Source: Paraphysomonas bandaiensis
Taxonomy: Eukaryota; Protista; Chrysophyceae
Reading direction: 5' to 3'
Length of the DNA stretch: 64,000 bases
Assembly: GCA_965644295.1 (NCBI GenBank)
Contig: CBFFRP010000066.1
Span: 1 to 64,000, forward strand
The notes beneath the pieces are model-generated. The model did not search any database. It was not told where the DNA came from and was given only the letters and a program-made list of their open reading frames with translations. Below are positions 31,201-45,645 of this stretch, piece by piece. Both the position numbers and the translations under genes were made by a program. How positions within the stretch are numbered: the stretch's first letter is position 1; each line of letters starts with the position of its first letter.

Positions 31201-34200
31201 GTCCACGCTGGACATGTATGGGTCAGGTGTAAGAAGATCTCTGATTGAGGGCCAACGCGGGAATCGGATTTTACGGAAGTCATTTCAACAAATCACAGAA
31301 GTTTTTTCCTCTTCAGTTAATAGTGAAGATATTTCAATGACAGTACCACAGTCATTTGCAAAGACATCAGCTGGATTACTGCCCTCGTCTCTCCAATTTC
31401 TTAGAAACAGTACACGGCACCCCTCACGGAGTTTGAAGGTTTCATTGAGTAGTATTCGGTCGAAGCTTTATGGCAATGTGAATTACAATTCGGATGTGTT
31501 GCAAATGGCTATTGATGGCTCGATATACACCAACGACTCTTTCAAGATAATTATACAAAATAATTATCCTATCTACTACGGCCGAGTACACGCCAGCAAT
31601 AATACCACTTTAAACGTGACTTGTGATCATGATGTGTACAGTACTCACATAATACCCTGTCACCCGTCAGCTGTGAACGTCACTTGTAATGGCACAGCCG
31701 CAAAAGTACGGCTACGTTGCCCGGATGTTTTCTCTGAACCTCATTGCCGTGTCTTGTCTACCAGAGGGAACTTCAACTGCACAGTTGACTCCTATACTTC
31801 GTGGAACACCACATGCTTGTGTCGGCTCACTTCATCAGGATATCACTTTGGAGGTAATGGACTGTCATCGTATGATGCAAACCTTTCTCCCTCTCAGCGA
31901 CGCGTGGACGGAACAGGGAAAGAGCAGGCGATTCTGCGAGAGTCGGGGTATGTAGAGCTCGTGAGCACATCAGAGTACGTTGCTGGCGACTTTTCTGCAA
32001 CAGTTGTTTTGGCTCAGGAGTTCGATTCACCTGAGGACTTGCAAGCAGTACTGTTGGTTGTATCGTTGTTCGGGACAATTTGGGGCATGGGATTCCTTGC
32101 TATGTGTTACCTGTTTGGAGCGTCAGCGTATGGTTCCAAAAGTGAGAAATTAAAACAGTGTGCGACGACCCCGAGTCTTGACCATAGTGCTTCCCAAAAT
32201 GCAATTACCGCGGATTCTATGAAAATGCGACTTCATTCATATGTAAAGGAGGTTTTCCCGGCAGTTTACAACGCAGAATCGCCGTGGAGTCGATTGTGGA
32301 GAGAGCTGAAGAGCCACCATCGTTACATAGCTTTAGTTCTCTCGAAGGACTATACAAATACAGTGAACCACAGAATTCGAGTGTTGCTGCACCTGTTAAC
32401 GACACTTTCTATGCTGATGTTTTTCCTAGCGTTGTTGTACGACTTTGAGGTAGTAGCATTAATTATTATCACCCAACTATATTTACAGTATATTGTTTTT
32501 CGTCTCGCTAATGAGTTCATATAGTATCCAGAAGACAATGGAAAGTGTGAGGCTCATACCACTGCCTCACAGTGCGCAACTGAGAAGTCGATGCTAGATT
32601 CATCCCAGAGAGTGTGTCAGTGGGTTGAAGATGACGACACGATAGCGGGATATTCGTGTGTATTTGTTAGCCCTGAGGTTACTCTGAAGGTACATAAACT
32701 CCCTTTTCCATCTTAGCATCGGTCTTTACATCTCGTCTGTATGTGTTCATTAGGCTATCATGATTGCCTCTGTTATATGCTCCATCTTCAGCATGTTCGG
32801 AAATGCAATTGTCGACTTTATATTCGACATTCTAGCTGCTCCCACTGCATGTTGCTCTAGGCAAAATGCTGCTGAGCTAAGAAATGGTCAGATTCAACGG
32901 CGTGTGTCTCAATTTGGCAGACGAGTTTCAGCCATAACTACAAATATATCTGATCAATTTAGGAGTAGTGTGGGGAGGAAGAGAAAAACGTCGTCTTTCA
33001 TAACGATTGAATCCACACGTCACCTGCCATATTCTTGTATTGCTGCCCAGCAGTTGGCGTTATCTTCGCTTGGCAGTATCGTCGCAGAAGTAAATCCATC
33101 GTTACAAACCATTGAACGTCGTTCCAGTCGTAGTCAGCGCTTAAGCAGAAATACGGATGCACCCCACCCACATTCGAGTAGTTTCCAGTCCTATTACGAC
33201 CGCTGCCCCGTTAGCCAGCGAACTGAGGGAGTGGATAAAGTTGCAGCAATTCCGTCTACTGTTCTGTCCATCTCAACGGATGATTTATATACGGACCTGT
33301 GCAGCGATATTGCGGAGCAAATGAGATACTTAAGAACCGCTAGACAAAAGGATGCATTTATGATGGCCTGGTGGTATGTATAATGTTGTGTTCTTTATTT
33401 TGTTGCGTTCAATGTGTTTCTTGCAGCTTAGGAAGTAATGATCAATTTAAGCCAGAGTATGCGAGTATTATTGAGAAAACATTGAAGGAACACCTTGCGT
33501 TTGTAAAGAAGGAAGTGGCTCTCAAGCGGAATAAATTGAATCAAATAGAAGACATACATATTGGTCTGGAACTGCTCCATATGTTTGTGCTGGATGTCCT
33601 CGGTAGAGGTAAAAATTGTTCATATGTTGCACATGCGATATTGTAATCTGCACCACAAAATATACTTACCTACTTGGTGTATGTAGCTTCACCGGCAGCC
33701 CAAATATTTGAAACAAAATCAGAGGAAGAGTGAGTTGACTATGATACACTAGTGAACCATTGCTGATATCTCGTATTTGTTGTGTTGTATTTTTGCAGAT
33801 TTCGCCACACCTACGTTGTTTCAAAGTTTGTAAAAGGCATAATGTGGGCTTTGGTTGTGCTGTTGAATCTCTGCTTTATTTTTTACTCCATGTTGCGAGG
33901 TTTGCAAAGAGGACTCGAGTGGCAGATGGTGTTTCTTTTTGCATGCATTCTGCAATTTCTATTTGAGATTTTGCTGTATGAGTCGTCTGAAGTCGCCATA
34001 ATTCATTTTGTCATTCCAAGTTTAGTCCGGTATGAAGTTATGGCTGCTCAAACTGCACTCTACAATGCAATTGAAAGTATCAGTAGTAGGTCAGAAGAAA
34101 CGAACGATCTGATACTTGATACGCCACAGTATTTGTTTGTGTCCGTAAATGTTGCCAAATTTTTCCCGCATCAATTGGAGAGCGCAATTGTACGGTCCTA

Positions 34201-34987
34201 TCACAGCCTTTATCCGGGTGCACTGGCTAAGAATTGGAAAGACAGAAGTGAATTTTACTGTAGAAGAGGTGCTGTGGTTCCTTCCGGTCGAACTTATGCG
34301 AGGCGTTTCTCTGTGATAGCTCTGTTGTCTCTCTTGGTTCAACAACTCGGTGCAGTGAGCAGCACTTGGCAGCGCATGATCATTCATCTTCTCCAGCCAC
34401 TCTTTGCAGTATCTCTGATCATGATGTGGCAATATATGTGGCATCATCCCGTATATTTCATTGTTCTACTGGTACTTGCATTGTATGTCGGATACCGCTA
34501 TCTTTCCTCGTGGAAAAATCAGGCTGAAGAGCGAATTTCAAATAAAGTCGGTCAATGTCCAGCATTAATGTCACCCGATTCCGCTGCTTCTTGCGTTCCT
34601 GGAGAGGAGGGAACGCATGTAGCCACGGAAGAGGGACACATTCCGCGTCACCTCTCCAGTGACACTACTATCCATCAGCAGCGACACACGAACGATTTCC
34701 CCGCTATTGTAGAAGAAGTGCCCAACACCACCATTGCTCCACTTCTACCAGCAACTGCACTTGACCCCATTTTTGCTGCTGACACAGATACCGAAGGTGC
34801 TGCTGTTGAGAATATTTCCTATGGCGATTCTAGTAATTATCGACCTGCTGAGAAAACCGGTCTCAAATTTCAACATAGTATCGCACCCGATGATTACATT
34901 GCAAGGAGTAATGTTGCGCATCTGCTAGATATGGATTTCTCTTCTGATAGTGAGCTCGAATGGCCTGACTTATTCAAAAAAGTGTAA
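25267..34987 (+). CDS. Giant membrane receptor: signal peptide, plant-type 24-aa LRRs, PT/PS stalk, PKD/REJ-like region, EGF-like Cys region, GPS-like motif, multiple TMs; multi-exon with a frame break at about 27930
   Basis: LxxLxLxxNSLxGxLPSSLG repeats; SGSGGRPW, VLLDASGSYD, WTDEDLPLSY; GPS-like CTVDSYTSWNTTCLC; hydrophobic C-terminal exons to the stop at 34987. May be a pseudogene. Confidence 0.75.
26317..27942 (+). repeat. Coding tandem array of 12-nt-based units (P[ST]xx tetrapeptides) with a 180-bp higher-order repeat
   Basis: PSGIPTGQPSCQPTAQ repeats; near-identical 180-bp blocks between about 26701 and 27180. Confidence 0.95.
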
Positions 34988-35714
34988 GGATGAAAATCTG
35001 AAATTATGTTTTGTGATGTTAACAATAATTACTTTTTTATCAGATTTGGTGACAATTATGAAAACGATGATTCAACTGAATTTGAACTCTGATACATTCT
35101 GTGGAGGGCAAAAACCGAAACCAACTGAAGTATGCATATCGTGCGACAGAACTTGCGTGGTATCTAGCGTGTACAAGAAACAGAAAACGAGTTATTGATG
35201 TGAGGTTGGCCGTATTTATTACTAATTTTGCAACATATATATCTGCTTGGCTTTAATTATGCTGTCCTATGCATTATGTTGCATGTATGTTTTTTAATAA
35301 ACATCTTTTAAAAGTTTTTAATAAGTAATACCACGATTTTACATCATAAACAACCGCACTATAAGTTCTCTATATTTACACTCTAAAATAAACACTAAAA
35401 GTTTGATATCTTTCATCTTCAATTTTAGTACGTTATTGAATAAAGTCATTGTTGACACTCGAGTCATGACACACTTGCGTGAATACGTCCGAGGATTCAG
35501 TTTCGGCAATATGTTCACATGACTTGTTTCCGACACCATCGTTATTACAATCTTTCGAGAAGGAAGAACACATTCTCTTTGATTGTGGTAGTAGTCTTGC
35601 TGGTGTTAATAATAAATACGTAAATATTCCCTCCTTTTGTTGACTTTGTATTTGTCACCTCTTTTTTAATAGCTGTAAGTTGTAAGGACCATCTCCGGGT
35701 GGATGCTGAGGTTA

Positions 35715-36440
35715 GGGGCGCCTTATACGGAGCTCTTCGAAAAAAAAGCAAAAAGGCTCTACTCTCGCCGCCGAGAGTGTTTTGCAAATATGCCACCTTA
35801 TACAAAAAATAGTCAAATGGCTTTTCTCTCCGCGCCGAGCGTCCAAAAGTACGGAAAAATCACCTTATACGGACTGGAAGGAAAGAAATCGATCCAACCC
35901 AATACAGTATCCACCGAGTCTATTGGTGTATATATATACTGTAATAGACTATTGAGTAGCCATTACATCCTGATGTCAAGTAATCAACAATTAATTGAGG
36001 AAGGAGATTGCTATGAATGCATCGGTATAGAGCCATCATGGCTTTCCTTAGCATTTAATTCCATTGATTTTAACACAGTAGAAAGTAATGTGCTTCATGT
36101 ATTTCGTGAGTCCAACAGACAACGTAACCACGAATATGGCTTGAATGATATGAACGAAATGCCGGATAACCACTTTTAAAAAATGGTTCGAATGTCGAAA
36201 TCTTCCTTCGAAGTTCTAGCGGAAGCCCCATAAATCTAAGGACACGACTCTTGCTATTCTGGAGACCACTGCGATGTGCATATAGTAGGTGGACATTAGT
36301 ATGTAATGTCGCTGCGAAGTTGCACAACTTCCTTGTTGACATAGGTGAAGGGAAAGATATACCTTAACGCGGGTCTGAAGATTATGAAGAGAATGCTGTA
36401 TTCCATACCATCAGACAAAGCGTATAATTCAAACAACGGG
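35715..36440 (+). pseudogene. Internally deleted PIF/Harbinger transposase remnant
   Basis: DNHF..FRMSKSSFEVL (N-terminal motif) fused to FWRPLRCAYSRWTLVCNVAAKLHNFLVD (C-terminal motif); possible left end TTA|GGGGCGCCTTATACGG. Confidence 0.7.
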
Positions 36441-36530
36441 CTAGTTGACTTCTAGTTGACTGCTAGTTGACTCATGAAGAGAATGCTGTATTCCATACCA
36501 TCAGACAAAGCGTATAATTCAAACAACGGG
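36384..36530 (+). repeat. 57-bp perfect direct repeat flanking 3 x 11-mer (CTAGTTGACT-N)
   Basis: 36384-36440 equals 36474-36530. The insert 36441-36473 matches the 11-mer array at about 22296-22325. Confidence 0.95.
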
Positions 36531-39500
36531 GCCTACATATACTCTAATGACACCGATTCGGTGAATGGCAAGTGGGTTCAAATTGTGCTCCCCTATAAAC
36601 TTAGGGTTACACATTTATAATTTAAACACAAGAAAAAGGGTAACACAACAAGAGAGAACAATGAATAGTTGCTGCTTACTGGGGTCTGATGACGGGGTTA
36701 CATCGACTCTGTTAGTTTTCCGTCTACTCAAGATAACACATTATTTACAGACCACCTCTAAGCGAGACAGCACATTAAAAATCGTGATTACATCAGCTGT
36801 ATATATAGTTTTTAACACGATTAATATTCGGATCACAGGTGATATACCTGGTCTCTAACTACTTCATCCACTGCGTAACGCAGATACTCGGAAATGGCAA
36901 GCGGGAGTAAATAACTGAATCCTAGTTTAATGGAGAGACGGGTTACAATTGAGCTCTCTTCAACGAAAAGCAGCTTTTAAAAATCCGAACCGCCTTTTTT
37001 AGATTGCGCCTCACAAATTTGTGATTGTGGATTTTAGCCCCATTTTCCCAGCCCCCTTGAACTGATATTACATATACATATATGAAATTAATTACAACGC
37101 CACAGCTCATCATGACATACACCAATAATGCAACACACACTGTCTTTACAAACATAATGTTAACATTATCTACACTCATTTTTACCATTACACCCTGTGT
37201 TTCGAGTAATAGGACTGAAGAGCCCTGTGTCCTCTGGATGACTATCAATTATTACTATTATGCAGAGCAGTGGGATACATTAACCACTACTGAGACTCTA
37301 TATTCGACTTAATACTGCAGACAAAGTGTTTGGAGGGGAGAGAGGGTGTGGGGGGGTCACGTATCCTCTCTGTGGTTAGGATTCGAAGCGGGTTAGTATT
37401 CGACCGAAAAAGATGGGATTCCACACACACAGTGTACTGTGAGGTCATATACTCACCAGAAGTTGGGACATGCCCAAATAATATTATGTCATAGCAAAGG
37501 ATGGAGGGCATTGGTAAGCTATATCAATCAATTTGATTAGATTTAAGTGCAACACTGCCGTCCATAGAGAGTTTGTGGATATATATGCTACCTTGTAACC
37601 AGCTGAGGCAGCTTATTATTATAGTCCTGTGGGACCGACCTATCAGTAGAATATAAGCGATATTCATTTGTAGAAAGGGCTCTTACACTTTTTGGGCTTC
37701 TTTGGGCGTTATACATTAATGTTGCAGTGCCCTTTACTAGCTTCTTGTTTGTTGCAGGCATCCCATGTTAGATTGATGCGGAGTCACAGCAAGCTAGTGT
37801 TCACTCGTGTCATATATCTTACACCTAATATGTGACAATCATTCAGCGTTATGGGGGTCTTGTTGCATTTACAAATTATGCAGTTGTTGCCATAGTTGTC
37901 GATGTAAATGAGTTTTATTGTGAGTGCAGCTGGTGATCGTTAAATATTTGTGCATGCCTAGTTTTTGCTTGCGCAAGAGACTTCGTCACCTGTGTCTTTG
38001 GTGCCTTGTGATTTGGTGTCATATATATACATACATTCTGTGTGTTGACATTATAATATTATATCATTGTAATCGAGGCTATCTAGTGTAAGTACTACCA
38101 TTAATGGGCCATTAATGGCTACCAGGCCCTGTATAGTCACACAAATTATTAGCTGAATTTAATTCCTTTGTAACTATAATCACCCGTTACACCTATGAGC
38201 TGACTTCACCTATTCCACAGTATTAACTCACTTCAATTGCACATCATATATCACATCATATTGAAGAACTCAACATGCTTTCTTCTTAGTATGATAAGCG
38301 TACTGAATTTCGTGGGTTCTGTAGTATAATATCAAAAATTTGCAAGAAAATATTGATGAGTGTATAGTATGTGTCTGCATAGTTTATAGTATAGTTATGT
38401 CGTAATCGTACAGTAGTAAAAATAGGTGATTTATGGTACAAGGATAAGGATGAAGTAGTGTAGGCTCCGTATCGACTTTCCTTTTTACTCTAATTTTTTA
38501 AATGATCAAAAGTATGTATTCTGTATACAGGAGAGCTATGATATATATACATGTATATAATCATGTATAAACACACGCCACACTGCATCATGACATCATA
38601 GTAACTAACACTGAGTTGCACTCTTTTGCTGTCTTATCGTAAACGAAATGCAATTTATTGAAATTGTATGATACAGTTAGTGGTAAAGACCGACACATAG
38701 ATTAGACTTGAGCTGACTATGGAACTCAACCGCTTTGAGCGTATATATGGAGGCGTATACTGGTACACTGTCTCTGATTTCATTCTTGGTACTCGTCTGG
38801 TAACATAGGGTACAATGAGCAACATCAGACTATAAGCTCATTGCATCACTATGCAGAGTCGGCGTGAGTACATCTTTATCGATACCGATGGGCTTTCCTG
38901 TTGGTTGTCCAATAAGCGAGCTTGTAGGATTACCCTATGTCCGTTCTACTGCTGTAAAGATTCAGAAACTGTCGAACCGGGCAACTATATAAAATGTATA
39001 CATTAACTGCGATGTTCGTTGTCTTTCGTGTGATAATGTAATTCCGGTTAATTGTAAATTTATTATGGCTAATTGGTAATTGGCATTTTCAATGTTATAC
39101 TTTTTAAATATGCCGTAGCAAAGGATGCATTATATTTAGCCGATAATATGCAACCCTGGTAGTCTATTTGTAAGTGTGTTTATATTAAAATCAATCGGTC
39201 TACTTAATACTTTAGTGTACACTGTAGTACATACCGATCAAATGTATCATTAGATACATTAATTTTATTTTCTCTTCCTTGATTATCGGTTCGCTGAAGT
39301 GTTAATACTTAAATCATTTCGTCTATTCGGTGGTTTGCCACTCTAAGTAATAGATAAAAGCTTAGGGTGTGCGAACAATAGCATTGCAATATATTGTTCC
39401 CTATCCCTGATATCTACCAGTGTTGTGTTCACTTTATGAACACTGCTGGAATCAGCTCAACAACTTCTTCCACTACAATGATCAACCAATTACACTACTG

Positions 39501-39950
39501 GTATCGCCAAATCACCATAGGTTCCATGATTGACCTCTTCTACAGGCTTTATTTTCTTGAAGTGTCTACATATAGTTTTATAGCCAAATAGGTTCACACA
39601 CTTTTCTCTTATCCGTCTCGTACAACCCACATGTCGTTTGTATGTCACAATGGAGGCAGCTAGTGCCATGCATTAACGTCTTCTGGCCATAGGTGCCCAA
39701 CTTTTCTCATACTGGGTCACTCATGCTAAATACCACCAACTCAGAGCACTTTATAGTGTTAGTACGCTAAATCACTCACTGTTACTTCATCCTTGCTTGG
39801 AATCATGACATCAATCATAATGTTGGTATGAACTACCAGCACCAACACTAGCTTCTTCCTTAATATCTTCTTTGTTATCAGTGGAGTTACTAAAGTCTCT
39901 CTCCTCATATAGTCGTCTCTGTTTCCTAACTCGGTCATTAAGACTGAGTT

Positions 39951-40076
39951 CAGCATCTTAGTTTTCGGGAATAATTTGAAGCAAATATACTCTATATTAC
40001 TGAGATACAACTACGGCTGGAATACAGATAATTGTTGTCTCAATATTAGAGGCATCTTTGAACAAAAATATACAAA
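39951..40076 (+). mobile_element. MITE-like repeat, copy 2 (right end truncated)
   Basis: Aligns to 24662-24800. Confidence 0.8.
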
Positions 40077-40612
40077 CGCAGTTCCATCCATAGCGGATAG
40101 TGTGGTACTTCAAGAAGTGGGAATTCGCTGTAGTCCATGAGGGTAAAAATCATGAAAAAAATCGTGAAAAAGTACCTTTTATGTTTAATTCCAGAATTTT
40201 TCATTTTAGCAATCGAAATACTGCGGTTTTAACACGAAATAGTCCATTTCACCATAAGGTACTGTATTACGGATCCTGTCCTGCCTACGGGATACTGCAG
40301 AACTGAACATGGTGCCGTATTATCAGGGCTTTTTACTGCTTTCTTCTTTCGAAATCAGGGATATTTAGAGTTTTGGTCATATTTAACATACTTTTTCCAG
40401 TTTGATCATATACTTCTTCGTTTTTTTGTGTAATTAAAGGTTTTCAGTTTGTTTGATACAGCTAAAAACCAGGGATTTTTAGCCTGGTCGTCATATTCCC
40501 ACCCAGTGAACTGGTCGGAACTCTCTCGAGCTCTCCAGTGGAGTGTGTGTGCATGAGCAGGTCGCTGGTGACTGTAAGTGTATAGTTCGAGTGAGTGATT
40601 GATAAGTTCGAT

Positions 40613-41469
40613 ATGAGGGAACATGAAAACAATTCGACATCTACACGCAATCAAAGGATCCAGCGTGGTTTTAGTGATGCTGACCTTTCAGTTTGGCAAC
40701 CAGTTACTGAAGGTCAAATATATCCATATACATGATAATATCCATAATCAATTGATTAGAATCTGAAGTAGATGCGGAAGAGAGCGTTATGCTGGTCAAA
40801 AAAGGTCGTAGTCTCGAGGAAATTGTCCAACAGTGTTGCGCTAATATGATGGCCTCACATGAGAAGAACATGGAAGACTTACGAAGCAGACATGAGAAGA
40901 ACATGGAAGACTTACGAAGCAGACATGAGAAGAACATGGAAGACTTACGAAGCAGACTTGAGAAGGATGTGGAAGGGTTAAACGGCCGTATAAAAGGGTT
41001 AAACGACCGTATAAATAGACTGGAGGAGGATAACTCAGTGTTAATGAGTATCGCTGTCAATGATAGAGAGGCATTACTTGTTCGACAGATTGCCTACGCA
41101 TATCAAACGCACGCTTCAAATATTCTGCAATTTGGGAAAGACTTCCGCAAAACTCATGCTCAGTTGAAAAGTATGGTTAACAAGGCTGGAGGTTCTGTCC
41201 GAAACCAGTTTCAGACCATCGAAGCAGAGTTTTTGAAGCATGGAATTAATGAATGCGATATTGAGGTCCTCGTCAAGGAAATACGAGACGTAGGATTTGG
41301 AACAAGCCATCCAACATTAACGATTTATGGTGACCATCTGACAAAAGCGGATATGATGGGAATTATTGAACGACAAGCGGGAAGGCTATTTTTTGATTCT
41401 GAAAAGGCTCGAGTGTTGCTTGAAGTTGTTTGCACGATTGCGAACGCTGAAACGAACTTCTTAGTATAG
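40613..41469 (+). CDS. Hypothetical coiled-coil protein, paralog A; exons 40613-40712, 40760-41469
   Basis: A 47-nt GT-AG intron joins MREHENN...VTE to ESEVDAEESVM in frame; 11-aa repeats HEKNMEDLRSR. Confidence 0.75.
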
Positions 41470-43348
41470 TTGTTGAATAGTAATTTGAACTGATATACCC
41501 TTTATGTGTAGTATTCTTGTACTTGGTTTTATGTGTTCGATTTCCGTTTTAGTTAAGTTTTGAGTTTTGTAAACTGTAATCAAATTTAATCAATTGTTAG
41601 ATAATTGTAATAAACATTAACTTGTTTATTATTTGTTTCTGTAGTCGTGCGAAGTTGATTATGACACGTAAGCGTAGAAACATGAATCCATATCGTCTGT
41701 AATTGTTGCTGTTCCTACGAGCCAATTACATGTTGCGGGATGCTTATGCCCTTCATGAAGCCCTGCAAGAATATCCTGATGTGCCAGTGGAGAGCGAGAA
41801 GTAGTTACGATTCATAGTCTATTATTACACTTATATTAGTAATTAAGGGAGCACTATACTATTTATTATGAGCGGTATTATCTACTTTAAGTTAGTAGAT
41901 ATTAATGGCCATTATATTTTCCGGGATATTTTTCAATATTACCATTATAATTGCCGGTGATGACATTCTCAACTACGTAGTCCCTCACTGTCGTCATAAT
42001 CTTCTCCCTCATAGAGCAAAAAATATTATTTAATTAGTTACCGTCAGGGTAGGTAAGTGCCTTCTTGTACGAAAGTCGTGGAGATCGAGCTGATGTTCAT
42101 CATCCTTCTATTTTTTCCACGAAAGGAAACGAGGAAGATTATCCATAATATAATACACTCCAACTATTGATAGTACACGTACTTAGTGATACTTTACGCT
42201 CCACGTATCTATTCACCAGCTTGCTGGGCAACCAAAACTCTATCTTTCCATCCAGCGTGATGTATGTCCATTCTCGACCGCAACTTCTTTGTTATTTTCA
42301 TACATTCTATCAAAATCACTCGTGCAATGACTACTGGGTATTATCATTTTCTTTAATAAATGAATTATTGTCTAAACAACACACAATGACTGCTGTCATA
42401 TCAGCAACTTCGATATATTATCATACTATATTTGTGTTTAATAATGTCAATGTTGATAAATGGTGATTCATCATCACGAATAATTTAGATCTGCTTCTGC
42501 AGATGTCTGTCTGACTTCTGGTGTAGTGTCAATGAATCGTTATTCTTTCATGTAGTCAGCGAACTATAGAATCCATCTCTTAGTTTCAGAATGAGCACTT
42601 TTGAACTCGTGTTAATAATGGCTATTATATAAATAGTAAGTTTCAAAAAGCTATATAGGCATGCAGGCATGCATGGTTATGTGTAATATCTAATATCTAA
42701 TTTCTGAAGTAGAAACTGGCTATTAATGACTAGGAAGCTGCTTCTAGAATTTTAATGGGAAAATAGGTAAGGTAATACATATTTTTAGATATAGCAGGGT
42801 TTTGAGGAGAATTCAAGAGTAATAAGTACAGTTAAGAGTTAAGTATTGCAATTAGGCTTCAGTACCATTTACTATCCACATGGAAAAGGATGATAGCACT
42901 ATTAATGCCGCAGTTGCCTCAGTACAGTGGTATACTGATTTTTTTCTAAATACTATTCTGCCATATCAAAAGAGTAGTTGTAGAGAGTGCGAAGTACTGT
43001 TTTAGTGTTTTAGTGTTTTAGTGTATATGATAAAGTTTGTGGTCATGTTAGTGATACTACAAATTCAAAGTGTTAAAATTTAGAGAAAAGAATAAAATGT
43101 GAAAGACTTTTATTGGGACTAGTTATTCCTATAGGTCGAAAACTGTAGGAGTAAGAAAAATGGAATGGGGCTGATGCAGAATTTCTGAGTAGCGAATGGT
43201 GTAAATTGTAATGCCACATCCTCGAGAAATACGAAATTCAACTAAGTTCAAAGGGCAGATACGACATAAGTCCATATTATTAGAAATTAGACGACTACAT
43301 ACAAGTTCAACATGATACTTATGAAGTTTCGAATGAACAACTCAAAAG

Positions 43349-44783
43349 CTAAACAGGAACCCCAGCAGCAAGCTGATTTTTTTGTCGTTGCTGTTCTCGT
43401 ACCCGCGATTCCTTCCGACGGTTGGTTATTTCAGTGTATAGCCTATCACGGTACTGCTGGGCGGTAAGTTTTGTATTGTCATCGATAGCTAAACGTAAAG
43501 GCCCATAGGGGTAAACCGGCTCCTCGTCTTCATTGTGAAATTCGGCCACATACACATGTTTCAGTAACTCCAATGATGAGGGGCGATTATCAGGATTGAA
43601 GTGTAGACATTCTTTGATAAAATCCATGGCTTCTGCACTTGCATTGGGAATCATCTCATTGACAGACCGAGTATTGAGTGGAGGCAGAGACTCGAGCATA
43701 GTAGAGGCATAGGGAGATGTCACAGCGTCGATGTCTTTTCTCGGGGGCGTACCTGTATGACAACAAGTATTACTCCAAACACATGCAGTGCACTAATCTA
43801 TGCTTACCTGTCACTTCTATAATTCTTTCGATCTGGTTCATTGTAGACGTTCCAGGAAACATAGGGCGCCCATTAATCATTTCCCCAAGGATGCATCCGA
43901 CGGCCCATATATCTACTCCAAGAGTATATCGGGTCGATCCGAGAAGAATTTCTGTTCATATAAGTTTAGAAAAGTGCGAATTACTACAACAGTATCGTAA
44001 TTTGAGAGTGATACATCATGCGTGCCAATTATACTACGCACGAAAACTTACCGGGAGCGCGATACCATCTTGTAGCAACGTAATCAGTTAATACAGGGGC
44101 TGGGCCACTTGTCTCTGCGAGTGATCGACATAACCCAAAGTCACATATTTTAACGTGACAATCGGAGTTCAGCAGCAGGTTTGAGGGTTTAACATCTCGG
44201 TGTAGAAGATCGGCAGAGTGAAGGTATTTTAAAGCCTTCAGGAGTTGCCATATAATGTACTTCTTGTGAATATCTTGCAATATGCCGGCTCGGATAACGG
44301 CATGTAAATCTAGAGACACATAAGATTAATTTAATCAAATCCAAATAAAAACACAGAATTATTGAACAAATACGAAAAAGATTCTATCTCACCTGTCTCC
44401 ATGTGGTCAAATGTCAAATATATATCGCGGTCATTTTCGGCCTTAATTACATGTTGTAGTCGAATGATATTTTCATGCCCCGTCAAAGACTACACACCAA
44501 ACTAACATAACTCAATAACATAACACCAAACTCTACCTGTAGGTACATAATTTCTCTGAAAGTTCTTTGAGAGTCTGTTGCATTTCTGAATGCATCAAAG
44601 CATTTTTTTAATGCCACAACTCCTCGAGATCTCTTATCAACTGCTTTCCAAACAATTCCATATGCCTTTCAACACAATTACATGCAAGATCAATCTATTA
44701 ATCAAGTCATAACTCACTCCTTTGCCAAGACGTTGACATATTTCAAATTTCCGCACCACATGACGCTCAATGTCCTCTGACAT
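43349..44783 (-). CDS. MAPK15: Atypical MAP kinase ERK7/ERK8, multi-exon
   Basis: [64 protein letters not shown]. Confidence 0.95.
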
Positions 44784-45079
44784 CACTTTCTAGTTGTATA
44801 TAAGGCTTATTTGCAAAAAACTTTTAGTTGACATGCACTATCATATTCAGTAGTCAATGAAATGATAAATATATCATGCAATTTATGTCTTTATATCCAT
44901 TAAATTTAGTGGAATCTATTGATGTTGTTTCATATGGGATTGTACGTTAGTAATGCACTCATCGTCACTCTTGTACTGGACAGAGTCTGACCCTACGAGT
45001 GTATTCCTGATAATACACTATGGTGGAGAAGGGAATACAGTGAATTGAAGGCGTTCGATCAGCACGCTGACGTTAGTTG

Positions 45080-45570
45080 TATGTGTATAACTATATAAGT
45101 ACATGTCAAAGTATGTATGTACATATATATCAGTATATAAGTACATATCTAACTATATTCGTAGCATATGTCGTAGTGTATAAGTACATGTCTAACTATA
45201 TATATAGTCCATGTCTAAGTATATAAGTCCATGTCTGTGTGTATAAGTACATGTATAACTATATAAGTCCATGTCTGTGTGTATAAGTACATGCCAAGGT
45301 ATAGCTATAAGTACGTGGAGGGGTTAGCTGTTAAGTACATGTATAACTCTATATGTAAGTACATGTCTAAGTATATAAGTACATGTCTAAGTGTATAAGT
45401 ACATGCCAAGGTCTAGCTATAAGTACGTGGAGGGGTTAGCTGTTAAGTACATGTATAACTCTATATGTAAGTACATGTATAAGTATATAAGTACATGTCT
45501 GTGTGTATAAGTACATGCCAAGGTATAGCTATAAGTACGTGGAGGGGTTAGCTGTTAAGTCCATGTATGT
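45080..45570. repeat. Tandem array built on TATAAGTACATG with three ~115-125-bp higher-order units
   Basis: gctataagtacgtggaggggttagctgttaagt occurs three times between the divergent MAPK15 and Orai-like genes. Confidence 0.9.
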
Positions 45571-45645
45571 ATGTATAGGAGCCTGCCTCTCTCTATATCT
45601 TCCCTCAGTTACTCTCCCCTCTCTTACCCTCAACACTCACTCTCT

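Noticed and set aside
36930-37250. Cys-rich minus-strand segment and terminus-like sequence as a DNA transposon end
   Set aside because: Multiple stops and no partner TIR or TSD found.
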